From Azolla caroliniana (Eukaryota > Plantae > Polypodiophyta), in contig JBHGNT010000020.1 of NCBI GenBank assembly GCA_043228905.1, positions 7,936,001-8,000,000 of the forward strand: a stretch of 64,000 bases of DNA, given 5' to 3'. How positions within the stretch are numbered: the first letter of the stretch is position 1; every line of letters begins with the position of its first letter. Both the position numbers and the translations under genes were made by a program. The notes beneath the pieces were generated by a model that worked only from the letters and a program-made list of their open reading frames with translations, was not told the DNA's origin and made no database searches. Positions 48,169-60,034 of this stretch are shown piece by piece.

Positions 48169-51100
48169 ATGACTAGACCAACGCACGACCTGGTTACAGA
48201 CCGAGCTCGACGCCTCGCCGAACGGCAAAGACGGCGTGAGACTTTCCAGCAAGCAGCGCACGAAATTCGCTCGGATCGTTCGTTCTCCAACGAGATCCGG
48301 AGAGTCGCGGAGGAATCTCTTCGGTTACAACAAACTCGCGACCAGGACGACGGAAGCAGTCTAAGTAGTCTCCGGGAAACCGAACGCCTCCTGGAGGCGC
48401 TGGCAAGCGGAGAAAACGAGGCAGAAGCCTTTTCAGCCTACGAATCGGATTCCGAAGGGGGATACAGCGTGCACACGAACTACCAGAGCAGCAACGATAC
48501 CCTCGGCGGCCCGGAGGACGACGGGTCGGATACCGTGCCGACTCCAGAACCGGAACCGCAAACGGAAGCCGTCAACCCACCAACACCGGAAGTGGAAGAA
48601 GCAAAGCCACCGACACCAACGAAAGAGCCGGCAAAGGTACCGGAAGACGAGCCGGTGAAAGAACCGGAAAAAGAACCGGAAGAGGAACCGGAAAAAGCAC
48701 CGGCAAAACAACCGGAAGTGGAACCGGAGAGGAAACCGGAAAGATATCAACAAACGCCACTAAACCGCGGCCTAATACTGGACGACGACATGCCGTTCCA
48801 ATACTCAAAGTATCGCGATGATCCGGACGCGGAAGCGCATGTTCATGCCTTCGAGCAGACATGGGAAGCAAATCACACGTCCCAGCGAATGACACCGGAG
48901 GAAGAAGAACGCTCGAAGATAGCGGAATTCGGGGTCACGTTGGAAGGACCAGCGACACGATGGCGGCGGACGCAGGACCCGGCGACCATCACAACCTTTG
49001 CAGAATTAAAAGCAAAATTCTTGCATTTTTTCCACAAGGAGGTCGACCAGACGACAATGGTGGGCTTGTTTTATACGATCCGACAGGAGGCAGGGGAAAG
49101 CATTCCCCAATTCGTCATCCGTTTCCAACGAATGCATACCCAGCTTACCCGTGCACCCCCGGAGGAGGAATTACGGACGATATTTTTAAACGCACTCCGG
49201 GAACCGTTACGCACGGTGTGTACGGTAATCGACTTTCGAGGAAGCACCATTGACCAAGTCATTGACCGGGTCAGAGAAATGGAAAAGTCAAGCTCATGGC
49301 TTACACTGGGAACACTGCAACGGGCGTTACCCACCGAGGAAGATCTCCGGTTCCGGCAGGCAATTCAATGCACAATCTGCTTGAATGCCGGACACTCGGC
49401 AGTGGAGTGCACCATGCGAACCCAGTGTGTGATTTGTCAATCCAAGAGTCATACAACAGACCGGTGCGAGTATAACCTGTTAAACCGACAAGCACCACCC
49501 GTCCGACGGATCGAGCCAAGAAGCAGCCGAGACGAAGATGAAGATCGTTGGCAAAAAATGAACCGGTACCGACCGGCACAGGATGTCCGGTACGGAGACA
49601 GACAAGAGAATGATGGCCGGTACGGGAATCGGCATGATAACTACGACCGGTATGAGCGATCGGACCGTTATCGGGAGCCCAACAGGCGACACGAGCAATA
49701 CGACAGAGACCATTCCCCTGGTTACCGAAGGCACCAGGAGGACTACGGCCGATTTTACGATCCACCACGACAGGACTACCGAAATAAAAATAAGAATAAT
49801 AAGAAACGTAATTTCAAGAAAGGTGGTCACCCTAGGGACCCGGAACATGGAACCCCAAGGAGCCAACCGGCACAGAACGCACCACTCACTACGGGACCGA
49901 CTCCGGCTACCAGCAATGCTGAATCCAGCAATACCCGTAAAGAGTACTGCTACTACTGCAGGCAGGAAGGCCACTACAGTAACCAGTGCCCGTTAAAGAG
50001 CTACGAGAAACGACCAGCAGTTAATATGGTGGTTCCGGAAGTGGCGGATATACAGCAAGTAACCACACGGTCGAAAGGCATGGCCAAAGAGTGGGAAACA
50101 CAAGAGGCCATACGAAAACAGGCGACGGAATGGGTGAAGGAATCCAATGAAAGGAACGTCGCGGACGCGGAACGGCAAAAGGCGAATACCATAGGGAGTG
50201 CCGGCGCTGGCCACGCAGAAAACGAGACATGGCAAGCACTGCAAGAATGTCAGATCACATTGCCATTAGGAAGACTCTTGCAGCTCGTGCCGCGATTTAC
50301 GGAAGGACTAAAAACGGTCATGACAGACGGTATAGCCCCACCGGCACCAGTCCTTTTCTCGAATCCGGAGGAGGGACCGACGGTGGTGGACACTAGTAGT
50401 CCGGTGATTACAGCTATTGTCAAAGGGCACGAACTTCCCGGCACAGTAATCGATGGAGGTTCCGGGGTGAACGTAATAAGCCTCCGCACGTGTGATGCCT
50501 TGGGTATACATGAATGGGAGCCATGTCCGTTCTGGCTACGGATGGCGGATACGAGCTCTGTACGGCCGACGGGCTTAATACGTAAATTGGAGGTCACCAT
50601 AGGAGGTCACACATTTCACATCTCGGCTGTAGTGCTACAGCTACAGGCGCAAGGCGCGTACCCACTGTTGCTGGGCAGACCATGGTTGAAAACAGCACAC
50701 ATGAAGCAAAATTGGCGGAAAAATATGATTACCTTCCGGCGCGGAAAAGCCAAGGTCCGGGTACCGACACAACCACGGACGAGCAACGGTAAGGAATGCA
50801 CACCGTTGTATGCGGAATGCGTGAACATGCTTGAAGGGTTGGCAGACGACGAAGAAGCCCAGTACTTGGAGGAACACCCGAAGATCGTACCACTCTTCGA
50901 GATTGACGTAGCTGAAGCCGTAGCGCCATACTTGCCGCAGCGGGACGACACCGAAGCCGAACCAGACAAAGATTCGATTCGGGAATTACGGCAAGCACAG
51001 GAAGCATTGGAACGGGAAATGGCCGTTTCCCAACGGGTAAAAACATCCCAGCTCGACGAAGTGAACCTAGGAAGCAAGGACGAATCAAAGCCGGTACACA

Positions 51101-54015
51101 TCGCCAAAGAAATGAAGCCGGAAGATAAAGCGGCGATGATCAAACTTCTCACGGAGTTTCGCGACGTATTCGCTTGGTCATACGAAGACATGCGAGGGCT
51201 GGACCCTCAATTATATCAGCATCAGATCCACTTAGGCAAGGACGCGAAACCAGTGGCGCAAAGACGTTACCGAATGAACCCCAACTACGCCGCCAAAGTG
51301 AAGGAGGAAATCGACAAACTCCTAAGAGTGGGCTTCATCCGGCCGGTAAAGAAAGCGACGTGGCTGAGCCCCATCGTCGTCGTCCCAAAGAAGAACGGTA
51401 AAATCCGCGTGTGTGTAGATTACAGGACACTAAATGCAGCCACAATTACGGATGCATTCCCTCTTCCGTTCACGGATGGAGTACTGGATGCCGTCGCCGG
51501 CCATGAAGTTTATAGCTTTCTAGACGGGTTCAGCGGTTACAATCAAATCCGGATGCACCCTGACGACCAGGAGAAGACAACGTTCGTCACCGAATGGGGG
51601 GTGTTTGTGGCCGAAGTAATGATGTTCGGCCTAAAAACGGCACCAGCAACTTTCCAGCGAATCATCATGGAGATCTTCGGCGAATACATTCCTTCCTTCA
51701 TGCAGGTTTTCCTGGATGATTTTGCAGTCTATAGCCGGGGAAAAGACCATTTGCAGCACCTACGGTTATGCCTTGAAAAGTGTAGGTTATACCGGCTAAG
51801 CTTAAACCCAGCAAAATGCATCTTTGGAGTTTCAAGTGGAATCTTACTGGGACACATTGTAAGTAAGGAGGGCATTGCGGTCGACCCGGACAAAGTAAAC
51901 GCGATACTAGGGGCACCGGCGCCGAAAACGGCCAAAGCACTAATCCGATTCTTAGGACAGATCCGGTGGCACAGCCCGATGCTCCGTCACTTGGCTGACT
52001 TGGCTACACCATTACACACCGCGGTACATCGGACACCATTCCAATGGACGGATACGGAGGATAAGGCATACAATGCCCTGAAGGTACTTTTATCGCAAGC
52101 ACCCGTCGTGCAGCCTCCGGATTGGAGCAAGGAATTTCATGTGTTCGTTGACGCTTCTGACATCGCTATCGGCAGCGCCTTAATGCAACTTACGGAGCCC
52201 AAATGGTACCGGCCGGTATATTACGCCAGCCGGAAGCTGTCCCAAGCGGAGAAGAACTATTCGACGACGGAACGGGAGGCCCTGGGCATGATCTACAGTG
52301 TAACAAAGTTTCGTCATTACCTATTGGGCAGGAAGTTCTCCTTCCATGTGGATCACTCGGCGCTCCTGTACTTAGTGTCCAAGGCGTCCCTGACCGGTAA
52401 GTTGGCCCGTTGGACCTTACTGTTGCAGGAGTTCGAATTCGAGATCTTCCACCGGCCCGGTATCCAGCATGCCGTAGCAGACTACCTGAGCCGGTTAGAG
52501 TCCGGAGAATCAGGCAACGGAGTATCGGATGAATTCCCGGACGCAGAGTTATTCCGTATCACCCCGGAAACGGCAGCGGACGACACGGTGGCATCAGAAG
52601 ATAGGTGGCTGACAAACATGCACCAGTTCCTAAGCACGGGCCTGCCACCGGAGGAAATGAACCGGGACGAGAGGAAACAACTGGCGGTGCAGAGCCGCAA
52701 TTTCTGTCTGTTACGGGACACTCTCTACCACAAAGGAGCAGATGGAATATGGAGACGGGCAGTCCGTAGTGACGAGAAACAAGTAATCTTACAGGAAGCA
52801 CATTGTGGGGTTGCCGGAGGACACTATGCCGGGGAAGCGACGGCAAGGAAGGTATGGTAGAGCGGCTTATGGTGGCCCACGACGTTAAAAGACGCCGTCA
52901 AGTATGCTAAGGAATGTGACCTATGCCAACGAATGGGCCAGCCTACGGAGCAAGCACGGATGCCACACCAACCGGTACTTCCACTAGAGCCATTCCAGAA
53001 GTGGGGGTTGGATTTTGTCGGACCGTTCAAGCCACCGGCAATGAGAACGGGTAATCGTTATGTCATCGTGGCAACAGATTATTGCACTAAATGGGTGGAG
53101 GCTAAGGCCTTGAGAGACAATACCGCGTCATCCACAGCAAAATTCCTGTACGAGAACATTTGGTGCCGATATGGATGTCCGATTGAATTAATCAGCGACC
53201 AAGGAGGGCACTTCCTCGGCCAGGTAGTTGAAAGCTTAACAACGTTCTATGCCGTGGTCCATAAACGGAGCACACCGTACTACCCACAAGCGAACGGGTT
53301 AGCAGAGTCCACCAACAAAACGCTGCAGAACATTCTCCGCAAAATCGTCAATGAAAACCGGACGGACTGGGATACAAAGCTCCATAGCGCGCTATGGGCG
53401 TACCGAACGGCATACAAAACAAGTATCCGGACAACGCCGTTCCGGTTAGCGTTCGGCTTAGAGGCGGTCGTGCCGGTGGAGTTTCAGGTACCAAGCTTAC
53501 GGATCCAACTACGGGAACGGCTGAATGAAAAGGAGTCGGAAGAAATGCGGCTAGCAGCACTATGCGAACTGGAGGAGCAACGGCTGGCCAGCATCCTACA
53601 CATGGAACTGGAGCAACGACGACGGAAAGCGTTTGTTGACCGTCACCGGAAAGGTAATGAAAAGATGTTCGAAATCGGAAAGCCGGTGCTAGTATTCCAA
53701 ACAAGGATGGGCAAGATGCCGGGTAAACTCCGGTTCAGATGGACAGGCCCGTATTGGCTGACACGGGAATACAACGGGTCCTATCAGTTAGGGACACTTG
53801 CCGGTGAAGTGCTAGGCAAGTGGGTCAACGGATTTAGATTAAAGCCCTATAAAGGACCGATGCCAAAGAACCCGTTTATGCAGACCACCGGCACTATACA
53901 AGGAACGGTACGGATGGAAGAAAAAGACGACGGGGAACCCGTAGCAGAGGCGAAGGAAGACACGGCAACCCGTAAAGAAAACGGTAAGGGTCCGAAGGGA
54001 CCTACGGATGTGTAA
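48169..54015 (+). CDS. Single-frame gag-pol of Gypsy B (three CCHC knuckles, PR, RT, RH, INT); one in-frame TAG at 52858-52860
   Basis: 1563-aa and 360-aa ORFs in the same frame with all canonical motifs. Confidence 0.93.
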
Positions 54016-54417
54016 GATCACATACCGTCATTTAAAAATAAAAATAAAAAAATAATAATAATAATAAATAATAATAATAATAATAAGAAATCATTAAAAA
54101 TCGAGGTATGAACGGACGTGAAAGCAAGGAGCGAAAAGGTACGAAGTGGGCATTTAAGAGCCGCCACGCTACTTAATACTAAATTGGTACACGACGTGGG
54201 CATGCTCGAAAAAGGCGCCAAGACGCACAGAGAAGAAGCAAAACGCATGGAGACCTTTTCATTTCGCGAGCCAAGAAGCACAGAAGCACCAAGGCGGTGA
54301 AAGCTTACCAAACGCGAACTTGCACTCAGAGAACCCCCACGTTCGGAACTCCCTCTCTCTCGCTCTCACTCTCATCACCACTCTACCTCGCCATCTTTCC
54401 TCGACCTCGAAGCAGAC

Positions 54418-57129
54418 ATGGAACCACAAACGTTGTCGGAAGCGGCCAGGAAATGGTTCAGGCAACACGGACTGGATGGGTTCTTGACCATCATGGAGGC
54501 ACCACCGCACAGAGAAGCCGACCGGGTCATCAAGGAGCTCGACACGGAAGTCATCACCGAGGAAGCGATCCGCGCGCTAACAGGCCTTCCGGAGGGAGGT
54601 ATTTTTCAGATTGATAACCCAACCTCAGAGCAACTCATCCGATATTTCGGTGAGTACTCTGTTGCCGGCAAAGGCTATCGAACGCAGGGCGGCGAAGATC
54701 CGCTATTCAGGGAGATAGCTCGAGTGCTCCATGAGTACGGCCACGTGTACCCCCGACCCCCTGTCATGCCAAAAAATCGGGCAGGGATGATCATAGCCAC
54801 CTATGAAGGGATCAAGGTGGACTAGCCGGTGTTGATTGCAGACGGTTTGTGCGCGGCAATCGACATGGTACGAGGAAAGGACGGCAAGGAGGGCCGGAAG
54901 CTGTGGCATGCCGTAGCTCAGTGGATAACATTGCTCGTGCTGCCGGTCGAGACCGTCCAGCCAAAGAAGCGGCCAAGATTATCGGAAGGAAGCACCTCGA
55001 AACCCGCGTCTAAACGACAGCAGCTGCTGGCGTCGAAGGCGACGAAAGGGAAGAAACGGCTCCCAGAACCGGAGGAGGTGTCACCGGTCCGACCCGTTAA
55101 GATAACCATACGGCGACCGGGACAGAAGGAACCGGAACCCTTGACGCCACAGAAACATGCCGTTACCCAGGAAGAGGAAACGGAGGAGCCAGAAGAGCAC
55201 CTCCAACGACGGTCAAGAAGTAGGACCGTCGGGACAGCGGGGGAGCGTTCGTACCCGCAAGAGGAAGAAACGTCCCCAACTCAACCTGAGCAAACCACAA
55301 GGGAGGAACCGGAACCGGTGCGTATGGAACCGGCCTTGTCGACTTCTATAGAAGAAGTCATTCCAACGGCTCCGGAGACGGCGAGAACCGGAACTCAACA
55401 GCCGGCGAGCCCAGCCAGCACACACGGCGGCCAAGGAGTAGAACCAGAACGGCAGATACAGGCACTCAGGCCAGACAATTCCACAGTGAACGAGCCGACC
55501 CGACCAGTACAGCAGCAAGGCACCAGTAGCATGTGGCTACGGTGGGTAGGCGAGCAGATCGCCGGAGTGGTCGAGTACATAGAGGCGGAGGAGAGAGCGC
55601 ACCACGAACGGTTGCTCGTCACAACCGTAGATCTAGAGACGGCCCGGTCCAGAATCCGGAGCCTTGAACAAGACTTGGACAGGGTCACAAGGGAAATGGC
55701 TCAATTGGCGTTGACAACACAAGTCCAAGCACCGGTGACTCCGGGCAATGTACAGAATAAAGCGTCAGATCAACCTGTACATAGTAATCAGACCCCGGCA
55801 ACGGAAACCGTTCCGGAGAGAAATGCGGCACAAGCCCAAGAGCTTGCGGACTTAAAAGATGAGCTAGCTGCCCAAGAAGCGCTGAGGAGCCGCGAAAGAG
55901 AGTTGAAGACGGCAGCGGAGGCAGAACTCAAAAAGACTGCTGAGAATCTACGCCGGGCCGAGGAGAGCTTACGAAAAGGCCACCAAGCGTACGACCGGCT
56001 CAGGGAGGAGAAGGAGAAAATGCTGCAAGAGAAGGACAGGCTCCGGAGGAACGCCGAAACAGAAGTAGAGTGCCTGAAAGAGGAACTCCGGCAGGTAAAG
56101 GACCGGGAGGACCGGAACCATCGCCAGATCAACAGCAAGCTCAAACAAAAAACGGAGGAATTTGAGCACTTGCATCGGGAGTATAAACGGTTGCAAACGG
56201 AGCACAAGGAACGGACAGATGAGCTCCGGCAAGCAGTTGATCAGACCGCAACGGCATACGCTAAGGAACAAGCGGAAACCAGAAGACGGTTGGAAGAGGC
56301 GGAGAAGGTTCGGACAGAGCTCCTCAGGCAACAGCAGGCGGAAAAAGAAAGAGCGGCGGAGGTACTGCAGAGGCTGCAAACAACATATCAAGGGCAGCTG
56401 ACGCGCTACAGAGAGCAGGCGGAGGATACGGCTAATCTCATTAAGCAGTTGAAGGAGGAACGACAAGTGGTGGAAAGTAGAGCGCAAATGGGAGCAAGTC
56501 GCATCCAGGATATCATGCGGGCCTAGTTGAACCAGACCAAGAGCTTGATTGACAACGGTTCCGTCAAATGGTGGACCAAGTGGGCCACGAACGCGGCAGA
56601 ACTCCAATTGCTCCGGGCCGACGTAGAGAACCGGCGGAAGGAGGGAGATGATTGCTATATGCTGACCTCCGAAGACTTCACCGGCATAAGAGATGAGCTG
56701 GCCGAAGACTTTCAAGCCTTGGCAGAGGACCAACTAGGGCAAGTCCGGCAACTTGTAGCTCAGCTGGACGACGACAGGTTGGAGGCGCAGATCCAGTTTG
56801 AAAGCTACGAGAGGTCCCGGATCCGGGAAGAGAAAGCACGCGAACCGGTTACGGTCAACCTCAGTGATGAGGAACCGTTACTAGAAGGAGACCGGACTGG
56901 AAGCAGTCAAACGGAGATGCCGGAGTCAGAGAGATAAACGGAGCAGCCGGAGTCAGAGAAACAAACGGAGCAGCCGCCTATAGAGCAGCCGGAACAGCCT
57001 CAGTCCCAACCGCAACCACAGCAGCAGCAGCAAGCACAGCAGCAGCAAGCACAGCCGCAACAACCACAACCGGAAGAACAAGTGGAAACTCTGGAACAAA
57101 GTATTTTGGACAATTTGGGTGAACAATGA
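54418..57129 (+). pseudogene. 3' extra ORF of Gypsy B (~903 codons, three in-frame stops)
   Basis: ORFs 54418-54825, 54829-56526 and 56527-56937 are in one frame and colinear with the Gypsy A extra ORF. Confidence 0.85.
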
Positions 57130-59671
57130 AGGGGCCGAGAAGGGTTCGACGTACAAGGTACTGTCCCACGGGCGTGCCATGTGTTACCGGCCGGCAAGGA
57201 GTCCAAAATACGGAGTGAAGGAATTAATTAAGTAGGGTTGTAAATAAGCATAGTGTGGACGGACGGACTGGAAACGGTATGCCGTTCCAGATCCGGACGG
57301 ATCCCGAATAGGTGCGATATGCACCGTTTTGTACTATGGGCCGGAAACCTATTTAAAGGCCCGGACCCCATTGTAATCGGTGCGGATAATTAATAGAGCA
57401 TATGGTGTTATACTTCTGTGTTGATTTCCGTTCTGTACTTATTGTGATATCTTACGCGTGTAATTAACCAAAGCACTCTAATTGTGTAACCTACGTAAGT
57501 CGGTGTAATCGTTGAATCTTAATCCTATGCCGTAATCATCCTTTGGTGAAGTGTCTCCGTGACACCTTGTGTTAGGCCTTGTCCGGTCAGAGAATAACAC
57601 CAGAGATATGTCTAACTTCAGGTTTGACTGATCTAATATAGATACACCATCTTAACATGGCTTGATCTGGAATATCACAATTAGCTATGATACCAAGAAT
57701 AGGCAAACAATCTATTTCTATTATTACTTCAGCACCAATTAAGTAATCTCTATCTGTCTTAACTGCTTTTACTACCCCCCATAGCTCTCTTTTGACCTGT
57801 GCATATTTTCTTTGTCGACCACTAAGAACCTTCGCTCTGAATCGAATTGGATACCTTTCTTCCCCATCTTGTTGGCTTATCACCCATCCAATTCCAATGG
57901 GACTGGAGTCTACTGTGAGATATATGGGCCGGGTGTAGTCAGGTTGCTTTAATGGTGGAGCTTGTGCCAAGTAAGACTTCAATTTCCTCATTGCCTCCGA
58001 ATTCTCTTCACTCCTTCAAATGTTTCTCCTTTTCTTAGGAGTCTGTATAAAGGTTCAAATAAATGGGCATAATGCGGAATCCATCTACATTAAAAAACAC
58101 ATACCCCCAGAAACCTTCGTACTTCTGAGACGCATGTCCATTCCTCTTGCATGTTTTGAATTGCATTGACCTTGGTGGGGGATTGCTTTCTCCTTTTCTT
58201 AGGAGTCTGTATAAAGGTTCAGATAAATGGGCATAATGCGGAATCCATCTACAGTAAAAAAACACATACCCCCAAAAACCTTCGTACTTCTGAGACACAT
58301 GTCCATTCCTCTTGCATGTTTTGAATTGCATTGACCTTGGTGGGGGGTGGCTTTCTCCCATACAGGCCACACATATGACCAACTATTAATATCTCTTTTG
58401 CCCCAAATATTGATTTCGCCCCTGATAAGGTCAAATGTACTTCTTCCATCCTTGATAGTATCTTCTCACAATCCTTGATATGGTCGTCAACGAATTGTCG
58501 GCAACCATCTTCATCCAATTCCTCATTCTTCTCTTCCTCCTTGCATCCCTTAATCGGAACATCATCTAAAAAAGGCATTGTAATATGAGGAATAAAATCA
58601 CAAAGTACCTTGTTCATTCTATTCATCATATGCACCATTGAGTTGGTCGCTCCTTGCGGCAAGGTACACATCCGTACTAACCCTATAAGTGTCTTGATAG
58701 AAGTAATATCTCAACTTTTGATAGTAAGTTGAAATTGATCATACCCGGAATAAAGATCTCCCATTGAATATATAGCTCTTCCTACAAACATCTCAGCAAA
58801 CTCATCCACAATTGTCCCTACTCCCGAGTTTCGGATTGTTACCTTATTCACAGGCTGCATATCTTGGATAAATCAGAGTTGTCCTTCTTTCTTTAACACA
58901 GTGAACCATCGACCCGAGTAAGGAGCGTTCGATGGTTCCAAGATACCCATCCTTATCTTCTCTTTCAGAAGTTCTAATAGTTGAGGGACTCTAGCCCTAG
59001 GCATGGGTATTGGCTTAAAGTTCCATGGAATATGAGGGATAGTGAATATAACCATGGGCTCTACAATTCCTGGATCCACACACCCTATTTCCTCAGGTTA
59101 GAATGTGAATGCCTTTCCATGCCTTTTTAACATCTCCCTGAATTGCTTTTCTTCAACTGGTAATAGGAAGTCACCCCCTCCTATTTTCATCCCTTGTATT
59201 GTTTCTGGAGTAAACTGACGGGAACCCGACGTTCCTTATGCGCGACGCTTGGCCACAACCGAGCGTAGAAAGATACACAGAAAACGGGAAATAAAACACG
59301 ACACAAAAGGAGAGGAAGATACACAGGAGGTTTACGTGGAAAACCCCAAACTAGGGGAAAAACCACGGCAGCCCACAGGCTGCAAACTGTCACTATGTAA
59401 GAATGTACAAAACAGTGAGTTCACGGAGGCAACGACCTTGGACTCACGATCTTCGCCACAGGCGGCGGTTACAACAGAGGCAGCGACCTCTTTCTCTCTC
59501 TCTCTCTCTCTGTACAACGTTACGTACTGTCTCTGCTTCTTGCACCAACAAGAAAATGACAACAACAGTTAAAAGTTTGCCCTAAGTCATATTTATACTA
59601 ATATGACTTTTCGGCTATTTACAAATGTAGCCTCAATGGGCTCTCAGAAACATATTTACGAATATGTCTCT

Positions 59672-59945
59672 TCATCCGGTTCATACCGGGCCTGCACCAT
59701 CCGGCTCTCCGTAGCCGGGTACTCCTCATCCGGTTCATACCGGGCCTGCACCATCCGGCTCTCCGTAGCCGGGCACTCCTCATCCGATTCATACCGGGCC
59801 TGCACCATCCGGCTCTCCGTAGCCGGGTACTCCTCATCCGGTTCATACCGGGCCTGCACCATCCGGCTCTCCGTAGCCGGGTACTCCTCATCAGGTTCAT
59901 ACCGGGCCTGCACCATCCGGCTCTTCATAGCCGGGTCCTCCTCAT
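59672..59945. repeat. 54-bp tandem repeat x5 in Copia 4 LTR (U3 side)
   Basis: Unit tcatccggttcataccgggcctgcaccatccggctctccgtagccgggtactcc. Confidence 0.95.
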
Positions 59946-60034
59946 ACGGTTTCGGCCTCGGCCGAGTTTGTTCATCGGCACTATTCTTCTTCCTTCCCAT
60001 CCGGAGGGACTTGTTTCCCAACATAAACACATGT

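Larger units (their letters stand above)
47700..57599 (+). mobile_element. Ty3/Gypsy B, Athila/Tat-like (OTA), near-intact, with 3' extra ORF; sister family of Gypsy A
   Basis: 418-bp LTRs 47700-48117 and 57182-57599 (about 5 differences), CCAGA TSD at 47695-47699 and 57600-57604, PBS tggcgaccac 48124-48133. Confidence 0.97.
45328..59215 (-). mobile_element. Decayed non-chromoviral Gypsy C (RT-RH-INT + 3' LTR), interrupted by Gypsy B and bounded by Copia 4
   Basis: TLPQGATNS..PFLDD RT, TVDSSPIGIG RNase H, YNPEANGKIERGH integrase, PPT 46179-46190, LTR ~45328-46178. The reading frame rejoins across the CCAGA TSD. Confidence 0.85.

Noticed and set aside
52858-52860. In-frame TAG as programmed readthrough in gag-pol
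   Set aside because: It falls inside the integrase Zn-binding region (KVW*SGLWWP) and is best explained as CAG->TAG decay.
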